From: Acidobacteriota bacterium | GTDB lineage: Bacteria; Acidobacteriota; UBA6911; RPQK01; JAJDTT01 | Direction of reading: 5' to 3' | Assembly: GCA_965217775.1 (NCBI GenBank) | Contig: CBDCJH010000002.1 | Coordinates: 3,840,001 to 3,904,000, forward strand | Length of the DNA stretch: 64,000 bases | Shown here: piece by piece, positions 50,172-59,639 of the stretch | How positions within the stretch are numbered: position 1 is the stretch's first letter | How the letters are laid out: each line of letters begins with the position of its first letter | Notes under the pieces: generated by a model | The model's input: the letters and a program-made list of their open reading frames with translations, nothing else | Databases searched by the model: none | What the model was told of the DNA's origin: nothing | Made by a program: the position numbers and the translations under genes

Positions 50172-50466
50172 TTCCGATTCCTCCATATTCCAGATTCGAT
50201 CCAGAGCCGTTGCTGAAGACGGCTCCGAATTCCGCGGGCCGCCAACGGCACGGCGATTGTAGTGGCCATGCGCCCTGAGTTGCCACCCAAGTCGGTGAGC
50301 CCATTCCGGCAAAAAAATCACATCTATCGAGGTGGAGACCCCCTCTCGTGGGTACGGAGAGTGCGAAACACGAGGAGTGCAGGAGACTGTTGATCCGCCG
50401 GCCACGTTTTCTGCCGGTGCACAACGTTGAATCCCAGCGACTGAGCGATTTCGAGGAGGTGGCGCT

Positions 50467-51027
50467 ATGGCAAGTCTCACACTTAAGAACAACAGATGGA
50501 TCCGGAAAACCACGATCGTGGGACTGGCCCCCTTGACGCTGGTGCGAATCTTTATCGCCCTGATGTGTCTTCCCCAGACCTTGAAGGCCGGTTCGGAGAT
50601 TCGCCGTGAGTTGGCCTGGGAGGACCTTCCCGCCGTTCTTCACGGAGAGAAGGTCACCGTCATGCTGTCGGAGGGGGGCGCCGTCCGTGGTGGCGTGGTC
50701 GTGGTTCAGGAAAACGCCGCCTACCTGCCCAAGGTCACCGTGGCCACCGACGGAAAACGTTACGCCGGTGGATTCGAGGCCTCGATCCCGAGAGAATCGG
50801 TCAAAGAATTTCAGGTGGAGAAGGTGCTGGAGGACGCAGCGATCGGGGGTGCGGTTGTGGGAGCCATTGCGGCCTTTGGGCTGACCGGCCTCACGCTCCT
50901 CGGTGCTCGTTGGGACCCACGTCTGGAGTGGACGGCCCTATTGGTTTCGCCTGTGGGAGGCGGTTTTCTTGGACACCAGTTTGGCAAACGCCTGGGTCGC
51001 GAGACCACTATCATCACGATCCGTTGA
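50467..51027 (+). CDS. Hypothetical exported/membrane protein with glycine-rich C-terminal helices
   Basis: GAGGAGG RBS, signal-like region, Sm-like beta segment, two hydrophobic Gly-rich stretches. Confidence 0.6.
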   Translation: MASLTLKNNRWIRKTTIVGLAPLTLVRIFIALMCLPQTLKAGSEIRRELAWEDLPAVLHGEKVTVMLSEGGAVRGGVVVVQENAAYLPKVTVATDGKRYAGGFEASIPRESVKEFQVEKVLEDAAIGGAVVGAIAAFGLTGLTLLGARWDPRLEWTALLVSPVGGGFLGHQFGKRLGRETTIITIR

Positions 51028-51150
51028 CCGGCTGGCTCTTCGGAACCCGCTCCCGTATTGCAGGCGATTCGAGCCGTTCGCGGCTTTGTGCGCCGGCCGC
51101 CGCCACGATCTCCCGGCCGTAAGACCAACTTCACCCTGCCTTGGGGGTAT

Positions 51151-52632
51151 TCAATTCCTGCGAATGCGAAACGCGTAGACACTGCCTCCACGCAGCCACA
51201 GGCGCAGTTTCACGATCCGTCCCCGCAATTGGCTCAGGTCCCGCCGATTCTTCCAGCGCACCGGCACTCGCAGGCCGTCGACCTGCCGCAGCACGAGGGC
51301 CTCTTCTCGGGAAAAGCCCGGGATCGGCTCATCGTCGGCATTCAGAACCTCGACTGTGAGTTCGCCGTTCGGGACCTCCAGGTTGACCACGACTTCCTCG
51401 CCCTCGACCCGAAACGGCCGGGTGGTGGCCCAGCCCAATCGATCGGATGCAGTCAACGAAACGAAACGATCCAGCGGGACCGTGGCCAAGCCGATGCCGG
51501 TGGGCGCTCCAGCGCTTCCCTGGCCGCTGTGAGAGATGGGACGCCCCACGTAGTAGATCCAGTGCTGGTCCTTCCAGGTGACGATGTTGGGAGCCGGCTG
51601 GATCCATTTGGCGTCGAAGCTTCCGGCGGGGCCGCGGCGCAGGAACGGCTGGTTCCGGTACACCCACTCCAGATTCCAGGGGCGATCCCCGCGAGTCATG
51701 GCCAGAAAGAAGTCCATCTCCTCGCTCTCCCCCGGCCGTTCCAGCGACCAGAGCAGCCCGAATTGGACACCCTCGTAGATCCATCCGTTCAAGCTGTAGA
51801 TCTGGCGGGTCCACTCGTAATCCTTCCTGCCGCTCTCCCGCCCCAGACACCACTCGCGCACGGTCGTCCACTCTCCAAGGTGACTCCGGAGCTCCGTCCA
51901 TGAGTTCACCATGTCCCGGGTTCCCCGAATCTCTCCGCTCCCTCCCCCCGTTCCATAGTCGGTACGGGTGTAGAGTCGGTAGACACCCGAATACGGATCC
52001 CAGAGCACTTGGTTGATGGTGTCCGCGGCCCGGCCGGTGATGGGCCGGCCCTGATCGTAATAGCTCCAGCGCAGGCCGTCGGGGGAATAAGCCAGGGCAG
52101 TGGTGGTGCCGTATCCCTTCCCGGCTCCGACGGCCGACTTGTACTTGTGGCGAGGGTCCTTCTCGTTGGGATCCACAAAGGGGCAGTAGGCCTGCGGCCG
52201 GCCGATCTGATAGATGTTGTTGGCCCGGCTGCCGTCGAATTCCACGAGCCCGAGCCGGGGCTTGACCCAGCGGACCCCGTCCCGGGATTCGGCATAGCAG
52301 TAGGTCGCCGCATCCGCGCCGGAGCCGGCGGCCCGGTACCAGATGCGGAACCGGCCGTCCTCCCGGAGCACGGAACCGACGATGGGCACCCCGAAGTCTT
52401 CCCACGGAGTGTCGTCGACGATGACGGGCCGGCCGCCATTCGCTTTGGTGGGCCGCCTGAGCCGGCGCGCCAATAGGTGCTTCCCGGCAATGACGTGGTC
52501 ATCCACCAAAAGCTGCTTCCGCTCTCCGAATTGAAGAACGGGTCCGTCACCCGGCTCGCCGGCATGGGCCGAGGCGAAGAGCGTGATCACGAACAGCGCG
52601 AAGAGTGGCCGGCGACACCACGGGCAGAGCAT
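51151..52632 (-). CDS. Secreted five-bladed beta-propeller glycosidase-like protein (GH32/GH130-like)
   Basis: KQLLVDDH, YAESRDGVRWVKPRLG, YSPDGLRW, GSFD, IGLA..DRFVS; AGGGGAG RBS. Confidence 0.75.
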   Translation of the reverse strand: MLCPWCRRPLFALFVITLFASAHAGEPGDGPVLQFGERKQLLVDDHVIAGKHLLARRLRRPTKANGGRPVIVDDTPWEDFGVPIVGSVLREDGRFRIWYRAAGSGADAATYCYAESRDGVRWVKPRLGLVEFDGSRANNIYQIGRPQAYCPFVDPNEKDPRHKYKSAVGAGKGYGTTTALAYSPDGLRWSYYDQGRPITGRAADTINQVLWDPYSGVYRLYTRTDYGTGGGSGEIRGTRDMVNSWTELRSHLGEWTTVREWCLGRESGRKDYEWTRQIYSLNGWIYEGVQFGLLWSLERPGESEEMDFFLAMTRGDRPWNLEWVYRNQPFLRRGPAGSFDAKWIQPAPNIVTWKDQHWIYYVGRPISHSGQGSAGAPTGIGLATVPLDRFVSLTASDRLGWATTRPFRVEGEEVVVNLEVPNGELTVEVLNADDEPIPGFSREEALVLRQVDGLRVPVRWKNRRDLSQLRGRIVKLRLWLRGGSVYAFRIRRN

Positions 52633-52777
52633 CTCCCCTGCCGCTGGCCCCGCCAGCCGAGAGACGGCCTCCGATGTTCGGACCAGGAACGGAGGGACGG
52701 CCGCGGCGGCAGAGTTGGTGAGGCTCATTGCGGGAAGAGGCAAGGTTCGCAGATCCTCGACGAACTTGTCAGGCCCC

Positions 52778-54208
52778 TCAGGGATCCGGCGAGCGGATTC
52801 CGAACAGCACCTTGGTGCGCGCCTCCAAGCCTTGCGCCAGGGATTCGACCAATCTCAGACCATTCAGGGCTTCGGTCCGGCTGTAGTAGGTGAGAGCGTC
52901 TTGGGCCAGATCCCCTTCTCCGGCCTGCAACAGCGCCAGCGCGATTCCCTCCACCGTGGCCTGCTCGTCAATCAGGCGAGACTCGAAGGCGGTCAAGGCC
53001 TCCATGACCTCCGGCAGGAATTTCGCTTCGTGGGATTTGGCCAGATAGAACAGACGCTTGCAGGCGCGGAACGCGTACCGCGTCGATTCCACCCCCATGT
53101 CCTGGTCCCTGATGTGGCGGGAGTCCTCGCCTGCGGTGAGGTAGCGATGCTTCTTGAACTCGGGCGGCACATCTTGAACGCCGATGCGGTAGGGGACAAA
53201 CGGCGCCGCTACCGGAGGGGCCGGAGCGACCCACAAGGTCCCCAACTCCCGATGGACGCCTTGGCGCAAGTGGGCCACCTGACCGTAACCGGCGGAATCC
53301 CTGGTGAGTTCCGGGGTCCGAACGACCTCGATCATGTCCTTCAGGCCGATCCGGCCTGCCCTGGCCCGCAGGCGGTCCTCGATCATCTGGACTGCCTCGG
53401 CCTTGTGGGCAGACCGTCCATACACCTTTCCCACATGAAAGGGCTCTCCCGATCCGGGGTCGTACCAGCCACGTTCCACGGCGAAGGAAATCAAGTTCCT
53501 GGATCCCATGAAATCCGGATGCTCCCGGTAATTGAGTGGAACCTCATGGATATAGCCGGGACGAGACACCCGAATGTCGTCCGGTCCCAATCGTTCGGCA
53601 ACCCAGAGGCCCTGGCCGCCCGCGAAGTTGATCAGGACCCACCCCTCATCGGCGTCGGCGAAGAGATGGGAGTTGCCTCCGTAGGTGGAAAAACCGTACC
53701 GGTCAATCAGCTCGCCCACGATCTCCACGGCCGCGCGTGCGCTTCGGGCGCGTTCCATCACAATCCTGGACAGGTCGCTGTAGTTTGGCCCGCGCTGCGG
53801 ATTGGGCGTCATCTCCCGCAGCTCGATCCGGGAGCCGGACGACACGTCGCGGGCCGCGACACCGTGTTCGTTCAATCCGCCATTCGTCAGGGGCGCCGGG
53901 AAACCCGCAAAGTAGGAATAGTTCATGGTCAGGTAGCGAAACGTGGTGGGCACCTGCGGAATCTCGATGAGTTCTCCGGGATAACGGGATTCCGGAGTCG
54001 CTCCCACCGTCAGGGTGGAACCGGCAGGATGCTGCCGGCGGGGCACGATCTCCAACCAATGGCTGGAAGGCTCATCGCCGTATCCGGCCAGAAACACACT
54101 GCCGTCCCGGGTCAGGTTCTTCCCCACGTAGATTGCATAGCTGGCCTCGGCGCCAGAGCCGGTGGCGAGGCTGATCATCAAGCTGGTCAGCACGGTACGT
54201 ATTTTCAT
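52778..54208 (-). CDS. Peptidase C69 (dipeptidase/secernin-like Ntn hydrolase)
   Basis: Signal peptide, SYAIYVGKNLTRDGS, GGLNEHGVA, FADADEGW, LWVAERL. Confidence 0.82.
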   Translation of the reverse strand: MKIRTVLTSLMISLATGSGAEASYAIYVGKNLTRDGSVFLAGYGDEPSSHWLEIVPRRQHPAGSTLTVGATPESRYPGELIEIPQVPTTFRYLTMNYSYFAGFPAPLTNGGLNEHGVAARDVSSGSRIELREMTPNPQRGPNYSDLSRIVMERARSARAAVEIVGELIDRYGFSTYGGNSHLFADADEGWVLINFAGGQGLWVAERLGPDDIRVSRPGYIHEVPLNYREHPDFMGSRNLISFAVERGWYDPGSGEPFHVGKVYGRSAHKAEAVQMIEDRLRARAGRIGLKDMIEVVRTPELTRDSAGYGQVAHLRQGVHRELGTLWVAPAPPVAAPFVPYRIGVQDVPPEFKKHRYLTAGEDSRHIRDQDMGVESTRYAFRACKRLFYLAKSHEAKFLPEVMEALTAFESRLIDEQATVEGIALALLQAGEGDLAQDALTYYSRTEALNGLRLVESLAQGLEARTKVLFGIRSPDP

Positions 54209-54414
54209 GGCGGTGTCCTCATTTTCTTGGCGGCCAGCTCAATCCTGACAGAAAGAGGGGAGAATGCGGGGGTTTGTAACCCTCGATTCCGGGTCGCCGA
54301 TGAAGAGGGGGACAGGAATGTCCCCCCTCCTGGAGTGCCCCATGTTTCTCCCCGGACTCTGCCGGGGTGCCAGCCGGTGGGGAAACGTCTATCTGATACG
54401 AGCGTCGTCCAAGA

Positions 54415-54828
54415 CTACACGTCCACCCGGACGTGCTTCATGGCCTCGTAGGCCGGAGACGGCTTGCCCTGTACGTGGAGGAAGGGGTATCGGTAGTCCT
54501 CCTCTCCCACCCAGCGGGACTCGCCGGTCATGAAAATCACGGTGTAGGCGCGCCGGGAGCGCGGGCTCCGGTTGGGCTCGCTCCGGTGATAGGTCAGGCA
54601 ATGGTGGAACCCAACGCTTCCTTTGCTCAGCTCCACCGGAATCTCATCCCCCAGACGGCTCAGAGCCTCTTGGGTCAGCTTCCAGGTATTCCCGGGCACG
54701 TCCGTCCGCTCGTGATCGAGCAGGCCCAACTTGTGGCTTCCGGGGATCACGGTGAGGCAACCGTTCTCGCGGGTCGCATCCTCCAACGCGATCCAGGCCG
54801 TCAGCATCCGGTAGGGCTGGAAACTCCA
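54415..54828 (-). pseudogene. 5'-truncated duplicate of the phytanoyl-CoA dioxygenase gene
   Basis: Near-identical to 56221..56634 at a constant 1806-bp offset; lacks the HxD motif. Confidence 0.88.
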
Positions 54829-54913
54829 ACGCGCAGCTGATGGTGACTGTCACCTGCTTGCTTGCTGGTGGTTACCCGGTCGCCTTCTATCATGATCACC
54901 CGCTCCCTTCTTT

Positions 54914-56083
54914 TCATGCGTTCTGAAGCAACATCGCCAGCTCGGAGACGCTGATCGCCTCAACGCCTTCGGTGACCGGGAAGCGCTCGTCGCCGGAATG
55001 CGCGACGAACGCATGGGCCGGCCTCAGGTCCGCGCGGGCGTTGTGGAAGCCGCGGTCCAGTCTCGGGGCGCGGCCCCGCTTGATCTCTATCGCCCACAGT
55101 TCGCCGCTCGGCAACTGAAGCGCGAGATCGACCTCGGCGCCGGCGGAAGTGCGGTAAAAACTGGCCGTCGTCCGTTCCGGGGCGGCCGCGAGCAGATTCT
55201 CTATCACATATCCTTCCCAACTGGCGCCGGCCACAGGATGGCCGGCCAGCGCATTGAAATCGCCAATGCCGAGCAGAGCGTGCAGCAGGCCGCTGTCGCG
55301 TATGTAGATCTTCGGCGATTTCACAAGCCTTTTCCCGACATTGGCGCGCAAAGGAGCCAGGCGCCGCACCAGCAGCAAATCGGTCAAGAGTCCGATATAG
55401 CGATTCACGGTTTGCACGCTCACACCCAATGACGAAGCCAGCCGGGAGGCATTCAACAGGCCTCCCTGGCTGTGGGCCAGCATGATCCAAAGGCGTTCCA
55501 GCGTTTCCGCGGGGAGGCGGGGCCCGAACAAGGCGACGTCGCGCTCCAGGTAAGTCCGGATAAAGTCCTTGCGAAGAAGAAAGCTACGCCTTCCGTCAAC
55601 GGCCAGAAAGCTGTCCGGGAAGCCGCCCCGCACCCAGAGCCGGGTGGGCGTGTCACTGCCGCCCGCCACCTCGAGGAGGTGGAACGGCTGCATGTCAATA
55701 TAGGCGATCCGGCCGGCAAGGCTCTCGCTGGACTGGCGCAACAGATCCATCGACGCGGAGCCGAGGATCAGGAATCGTCCGGTCCGTTTTCCTCGCCGCC
55801 GGCCGCTGTCGATGACCCCTCGAAGATCCTGAAACAGTCCGGGAACTCTGTGGATTTCATCGAGAATCACGAGGCGGTTTTCGTAATGGCTCAGGAACAG
55901 CGCCGGGTCGCTCAGCTTTTGCCGATCGGTTCGGTCTTCGAGGTCGAGATATAAGGCTCCGCGCTCTTCGCCGATATCCAGCGCGAGCGTGGTCTTGCCA
56001 GCTTGGCGCGGGCCGATAATGGCCACCGCTGCCTGGTAACCAAGCGCCTCAAGAACGCGGGGCTTGATATGCCGCTCTATCAT
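54914..56083 (-). CDS. AAA+ ATPase (AAA_14) with DUF4143 and C-terminal PD-(D/E)xK-like domain
   Basis: GPRQAGKTT, ILDEIH, LILGS, LAGR, RGGFP, KSPKIYIRDSG, EVDL..AIEIK. Confidence 0.93.
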   Translation of the reverse strand: MIERHIKPRVLEALGYQAAVAIIGPRQAGKTTLALDIGEERGALYLDLEDRTDRQKLSDPALFLSHYENRLVILDEIHRVPGLFQDLRGVIDSGRRRGKRTGRFLILGSASMDLLRQSSESLAGRIAYIDMQPFHLLEVAGGSDTPTRLWVRGGFPDSFLAVDGRRSFLLRKDFIRTYLERDVALFGPRLPAETLERLWIMLAHSQGGLLNASRLASSLGVSVQTVNRYIGLLTDLLLVRRLAPLRANVGKRLVKSPKIYIRDSGLLHALLGIGDFNALAGHPVAGASWEGYVIENLLAAAPERTTASFYRTSAGAEVDLALQLPSGELWAIEIKRGRAPRLDRGFHNARADLRPAHAFVAHSGDERFPVTEGVEAISVSELAMLLQNA

Positions 56084-56122
56084 CCTTGTATATTATCCAT
56101 ATAATGGACAATTAACAAGGAT
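56082..56122 (-). promoter_or_regulatory. AT-rich inverted repeat overlapping the RBS and start of the ATPase gene
   Basis: ATCCTTGT..TCCAT-ATA-ATGGA..ACAAGGAT. Confidence 0.55.
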
Positions 56123-56220
56123 AGGATCCACTCCGAGGAAAGAAGCCGTCTATGTATTCCACAGGAACGAGAATGCCTCCGCTCGTGGACGCGTGGGCGG
56201 GTCCGGCACGCGTTCCCGAC

Positions 56221-56982
56221 TTACCCGTCCACCTGGACGTGCTTCATGGCCTCGTAGGCCGGAGATGGCTTCCCCTGAACGTGCAGGAAGGGATACCGGT
56301 AGTCCTCCTCCCCCACCCAGCGGGATTCGCCGGTCATGAAGATCACGGTGTAGGCGCGCCGGGAGCGCGGGCTCCGGTTGAGCTCGCTCCGGTGATAGGT
56401 CAGGCAATGGTGGAATCCCACGCTTCCTTTGCTCAGCTCCACCGGAATCTCATCCCCCAGACGGCTCAGAGCCTCTTCGGTCAGCTTCCAGGTATTCCCG
56501 GGCACGTCCGTCTGCTCGTGATCGAGCAGGCCCAACTTGTGGCTTCCGGGGATCACGGTGAGGCAACCGTTCTCGCGGGTCGCATCCTCCAACGCGATCC
56601 AGGCCGTCAGCATCCGGTAGGGCTGGAAACTCCAGTAGTACATGTCCTGGTGGGGCGGGACCACGCCCCCGTCCAGCGCCGGCTTGGCAAAGAGCCCGTC
56701 GGCGTAGATGTCCAGGTCGGGGCCGAGGATCCGCTCGACGACCGCTGCCAACTTGGGATGCGTGGCCACGGACCGAAAGGCGGACTCGCGGTGGAGCAGC
56801 CCGAAGGCGTTCCGGAGCGCGGAAGGATTGGTCGGCTCCCACTTGAGATCGCCCTCGGGGTAAGGAAGCTCCCTCCTTTCCAGGACATCCACCCGGGCCA
56901 TGAGTTCGTCCATCTCCGCAGGAGTGAAGACGTTGTCCACAGTGACGTAACCGTTCTCGTCAAAGAAGCTCTTGAGGCTCAT
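56221..56982 (-). CDS. Phytanoyl-CoA dioxygenase (PhyH) family protein
   Basis: FAKP, PPHQD, WIALEDATRENGCL..PGSH, HRS..N.S..RR; GGAG RBS. Confidence 0.93.
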   Translation of the reverse strand: MSLKSFFDENGYVTVDNVFTPAEMDELMARVDVLERRELPYPEGDLKWEPTNPSALRNAFGLLHRESAFRSVATHPKLAAVVERILGPDLDIYADGLFAKPALDGGVVPPHQDMYYWSFQPYRMLTAWIALEDATRENGCLTVIPGSHKLGLLDHEQTDVPGNTWKLTEEALSRLGDEIPVELSKGSVGFHHCLTYHRSELNRSPRSRRAYTVIFMTGESRWVGEEDYRYPFLHVQGKPSPAYEAMKHVQVDG

Positions 56983-57109
56983 CGATTCTCCCTCTCCGGA
57001 CCTTCCTGCCCAATGCAGCACAACAATATAGACGCAGCTCCCTTCCGGAGCAAAGCCGGGTGTGGTTCTGGCAAGACGGTCGGAGCCGCCGGAAACGGCG
57101 CCATTGTGG

Positions 57110-57892
57110 TCAGCTGGAACTCTTGCCGGCGGCTTTCAGTCCATACAAATTCAGGAGTTCGATGAAGTCCTGACTTTGACGAAATCCGTCGAAAACGCCG
57201 TCCGCCGCCAGCCGTTCCTGGTCCGCGAATCCAGCCGCCAGCGCCCTCCCCAGATACTTCAGGCACTGGGGCTGGTCCCCCATTTCGGCAAAGAGGCGGG
57301 CCAGATTGTAGTTCGTCTCCGAGTCCATTCCCATGGGGTCCGGATAGGTCACGCGGGAGACATTCGTTGTCTTGAAGATTTCCGGGTCCAGGAGCGCGGC
57401 TTGGAGGTAGGCTCGGCGTGACTCCTCGTACCGGCCCCGCATCATCTGGCCGTAACCCAGATTGACGTAGTAGGACGGCTTGGGATCGAGGGCGATGGCC
57501 TTTTCGAAATAGCCGGCCGCCTGCTTGTACTTTCGATTCGAAAGGGCGACGATTCCCAACGTGTTGTAACCCGAGGCGTATCCCGGCTGGAGCCGGATGG
57601 AGCGTTGCGCGGCCTTCCTTCCCTGCCAGTATCGCCCGGTCCGGCAATAAGCGATGGCCAACTTGTTGAAGATGGCTTCGTGATACGGATTCAGCGTCGT
57701 CGCTTCGACGTATTTCAGGACCGCCAGATGGTCCTTTCCCTCTTTCATCATCTCGTCGGCCTCCCCCATGAGGCGGTATGCCGCGATCACTTGCTCCTGT
57801 GGAACCGGCAACTTCTTGATGCGTGAAGTACCGCAACCGAGGAGCGACCCGGTCAAAACGATGATGGCTGCGTCCCGGAATCGTAGGGACAT
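57110..57892 (-). CDS. TPR lipoprotein
   Basis: LLGC lipobox, TPR repeats, TPR end-of-group-like tail (YNLARLFA..LGRALAAGF). Confidence 0.88.
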   Translation of the reverse strand: MSLRFRDAAIIVLTGSLLGCGTSRIKKLPVPQEQVIAAYRLMGEADEMMKEGKDHLAVLKYVEATTLNPYHEAIFNKLAIAYCRTGRYWQGRKAAQRSIRLQPGYASGYNTLGIVALSNRKYKQAAGYFEKAIALDPKPSYYVNLGYGQMMRGRYEESRRAYLQAALLDPEIFKTTNVSRVTYPDPMGMDSETNYNLARLFAEMGDQPQCLKYLGRALAAGFADQERLAADGVFDGFRQSQDFIELLNLYGLKAAGKSSS

Positions 57893-58057
57893 TGTTCAGT
57901 TGCGTCCGAAACTCCCCGGCGTCTCGGACCTGGGTTCGGAGCGCGAAACTCGGCGACGGGAACCGTATCCTTGTATGCTCCCGATTATATCGAGAAAGTT
58001 CGTTTTCGGGTGCCGGGCTCGAATCCTTGGCGCTTCATGAAAAGGGAGGTCGCAAGT

Positions 58058-59563
58058 ATGACTCTTCACAGGATGTTGGTTGTTCTCATCGGAATCGGCC
58101 TGTCGCTGCAGCCAGGCGCCGGGGCCGGCAAGGAGACGGTCCTTTTCCCGTTCGACGACTACAGCGTTCCCTTCAGCAAGGGCTTGGTGCTCGAACTGAT
58201 CCCGGGCCGGAAGGGCGCGGTCAACAAGGGCACCGGAGCCGATCCCCTGCACCCGAGCAAACCGGTCGTCCCTCCGGGCATGCCGGGAGACCCGGACCAC
58301 CCGCGGGTCTACTACTACGGCACCGTCCTGAAAATCGATGGCGAGTACCGCATGTGGTACACCGGTTGGGACAAGGACAGGAAGAGGCAGGTCCTCTATG
58401 CCGTCTCCCGGGACGGGGTCCGCTGGGACAAGCCGGACCTGGGACTCGTCGAGTACAACGGGAACCGGCAGAACAACCTGGTGCTGTCCGACGGCAAGGG
58501 GCCCATGAAGGGAGCCTTCTGCCTGGTCCTCCACGAGCCGGACGATCCGGACCCCGGACGGCGCTTCAAGATGGTCCGGGAAGAGCATCCGCGAGCCATC
58601 ATGGCAGCCTACAGTCCCGACGGGCTGCACTGGACCGACTCCTCCAACAACCCCATCATCAAGAGCAGCGGCCTGGAGACGGGCGGCCTGATTCGGTTCA
58701 ACGGCTTCTACTATTTGAACGGTCAGGGGGGACCGATCCCCCACCCCGTCCCCAAGGCCCGGAACCGAATCATGGTCACTTTCGTCTCCCACGACTTCGA
58801 CCATTGGAGCGATGCGGCCCATCTCAGCTTCCGGAGGGATCCCATCCCACCGCGTCCTCTCAACGATTTCGAGATCCATCGCGGCGAACAGGTCCACATG
58901 GGGGCCAGCCTCTGGAACCGGGGGAACGTGATCCTCGGCTTCTACGGCCAATACCACAACCAGACCAACGACCGACGCTATTCGACCTGCGACCTGGGCC
59001 TGGTGGTGAGCCACGACGCCATCCATTTCAAGGAGCCGATCCCCGACTTCAAGATCCTGCCCTCCTACGAGGAACCGGACGGGGCGGAACCGCGGCTGAT
59101 CCAGGGGCAGGGGTTCGAGAACATCGGCGACCGGACCTTCTTCTGGTACAGCATCTGGGTCGCGTTCGACCCGGAGGGGCCCACCGGTGTCCGTCTGGCC
59201 ACCTGGGGCCGGGACCGGCTGGGATATTTCGCTGCGGCGCCCCGGACGCAGGGCGCCCATTTCTTCTCTACGCCAATCGAATTGGATTCCCCGCAGACGG
59301 AGATCTACGTCAACGCTTCGGGGTTGTCCGAGACGAGCCAACTCCGGGTCGAGGTCCTGGACGGCCGGCTCCAGCCAATGCCCGGTTATTCGGGAGACGC
59401 TTCGATTCCGCTCCGGAAACCGGGACTGCGGCAACGGGTGGCCTGGAGCGGCAAGGACCAACTGGCAGGAGCGGACGGGCCAATCCGCGTGCGCGTGAAC
59501 TGGGAAGGGATTTATCCGGAAGACGCTCGCCTTTACGCCGTCTATGTGGTGGAGAGCGATTAG
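58058..59563 (+). CDS. Secreted five-bladed beta-propeller glycosidase-like protein
   Basis: Signal peptide, YRMWY, YAVSRDGVRWDKPDLG, YSPDGLHW, DRLGYF; GGAGG RBS. Confidence 0.78.
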   Translation: MTLHRMLVVLIGIGLSLQPGAGAGKETVLFPFDDYSVPFSKGLVLELIPGRKGAVNKGTGADPLHPSKPVVPPGMPGDPDHPRVYYYGTVLKIDGEYRMWYTGWDKDRKRQVLYAVSRDGVRWDKPDLGLVEYNGNRQNNLVLSDGKGPMKGAFCLVLHEPDDPDPGRRFKMVREEHPRAIMAAYSPDGLHWTDSSNNPIIKSSGLETGGLIRFNGFYYLNGQGGPIPHPVPKARNRIMVTFVSHDFDHWSDAAHLSFRRDPIPPRPLNDFEIHRGEQVHMGASLWNRGNVILGFYGQYHNQTNDRRYSTCDLGLVVSHDAIHFKEPIPDFKILPSYEEPDGAEPRLIQGQGFENIGDRTFFWYSIWVAFDPEGPTGVRLATWGRDRLGYFAAAPRTQGAHFFSTPIELDSPQTEIYVNASGLSETSQLRVEVLDGRLQPMPGYSGDASIPLRKPGLRQRVAWSGKDQLAGADGPIRVRVNWEGIYPEDARLYAVYVVESD

Positions 59564-59570
59564 CGGATTC

Positions 59571-59639
59571 TTATGGGTTCCAGGGAAATCCCTCCCGCAC
59601 TACGAGATCTCTGCCCGACGGGTCCCGGGGCAAACTCAT
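59571..59639 (-). pseudogene. HicA-like toxin N-terminal remnant (22 aa)
   Basis: ATGA-coupled to the HicB-like gene; MSLPRDPSGRDLV resembles HicA starts (MxLPRDxSGxxL), then stops. Confidence 0.55.

Noticed and set aside
54305-54329. GAGGGGGACAGGAATGTCCCCCCTC hairpin (and GTAGGGGCGCCTCTAC at 34092-34107) as REP elements
   Set aside because: Each occurs once in the window and no RAYT transposase is present, so a repeat family cannot be supported
47149-54451. Long ORFs 47149..49104 (+), 49008..50216 (+) and 52583..54451 (+), and similar antisense ORFs elsewhere
   Set aside because: They are shadows of well-supported opposite-strand genes in GC-rich DNA and have no recognisable motifs
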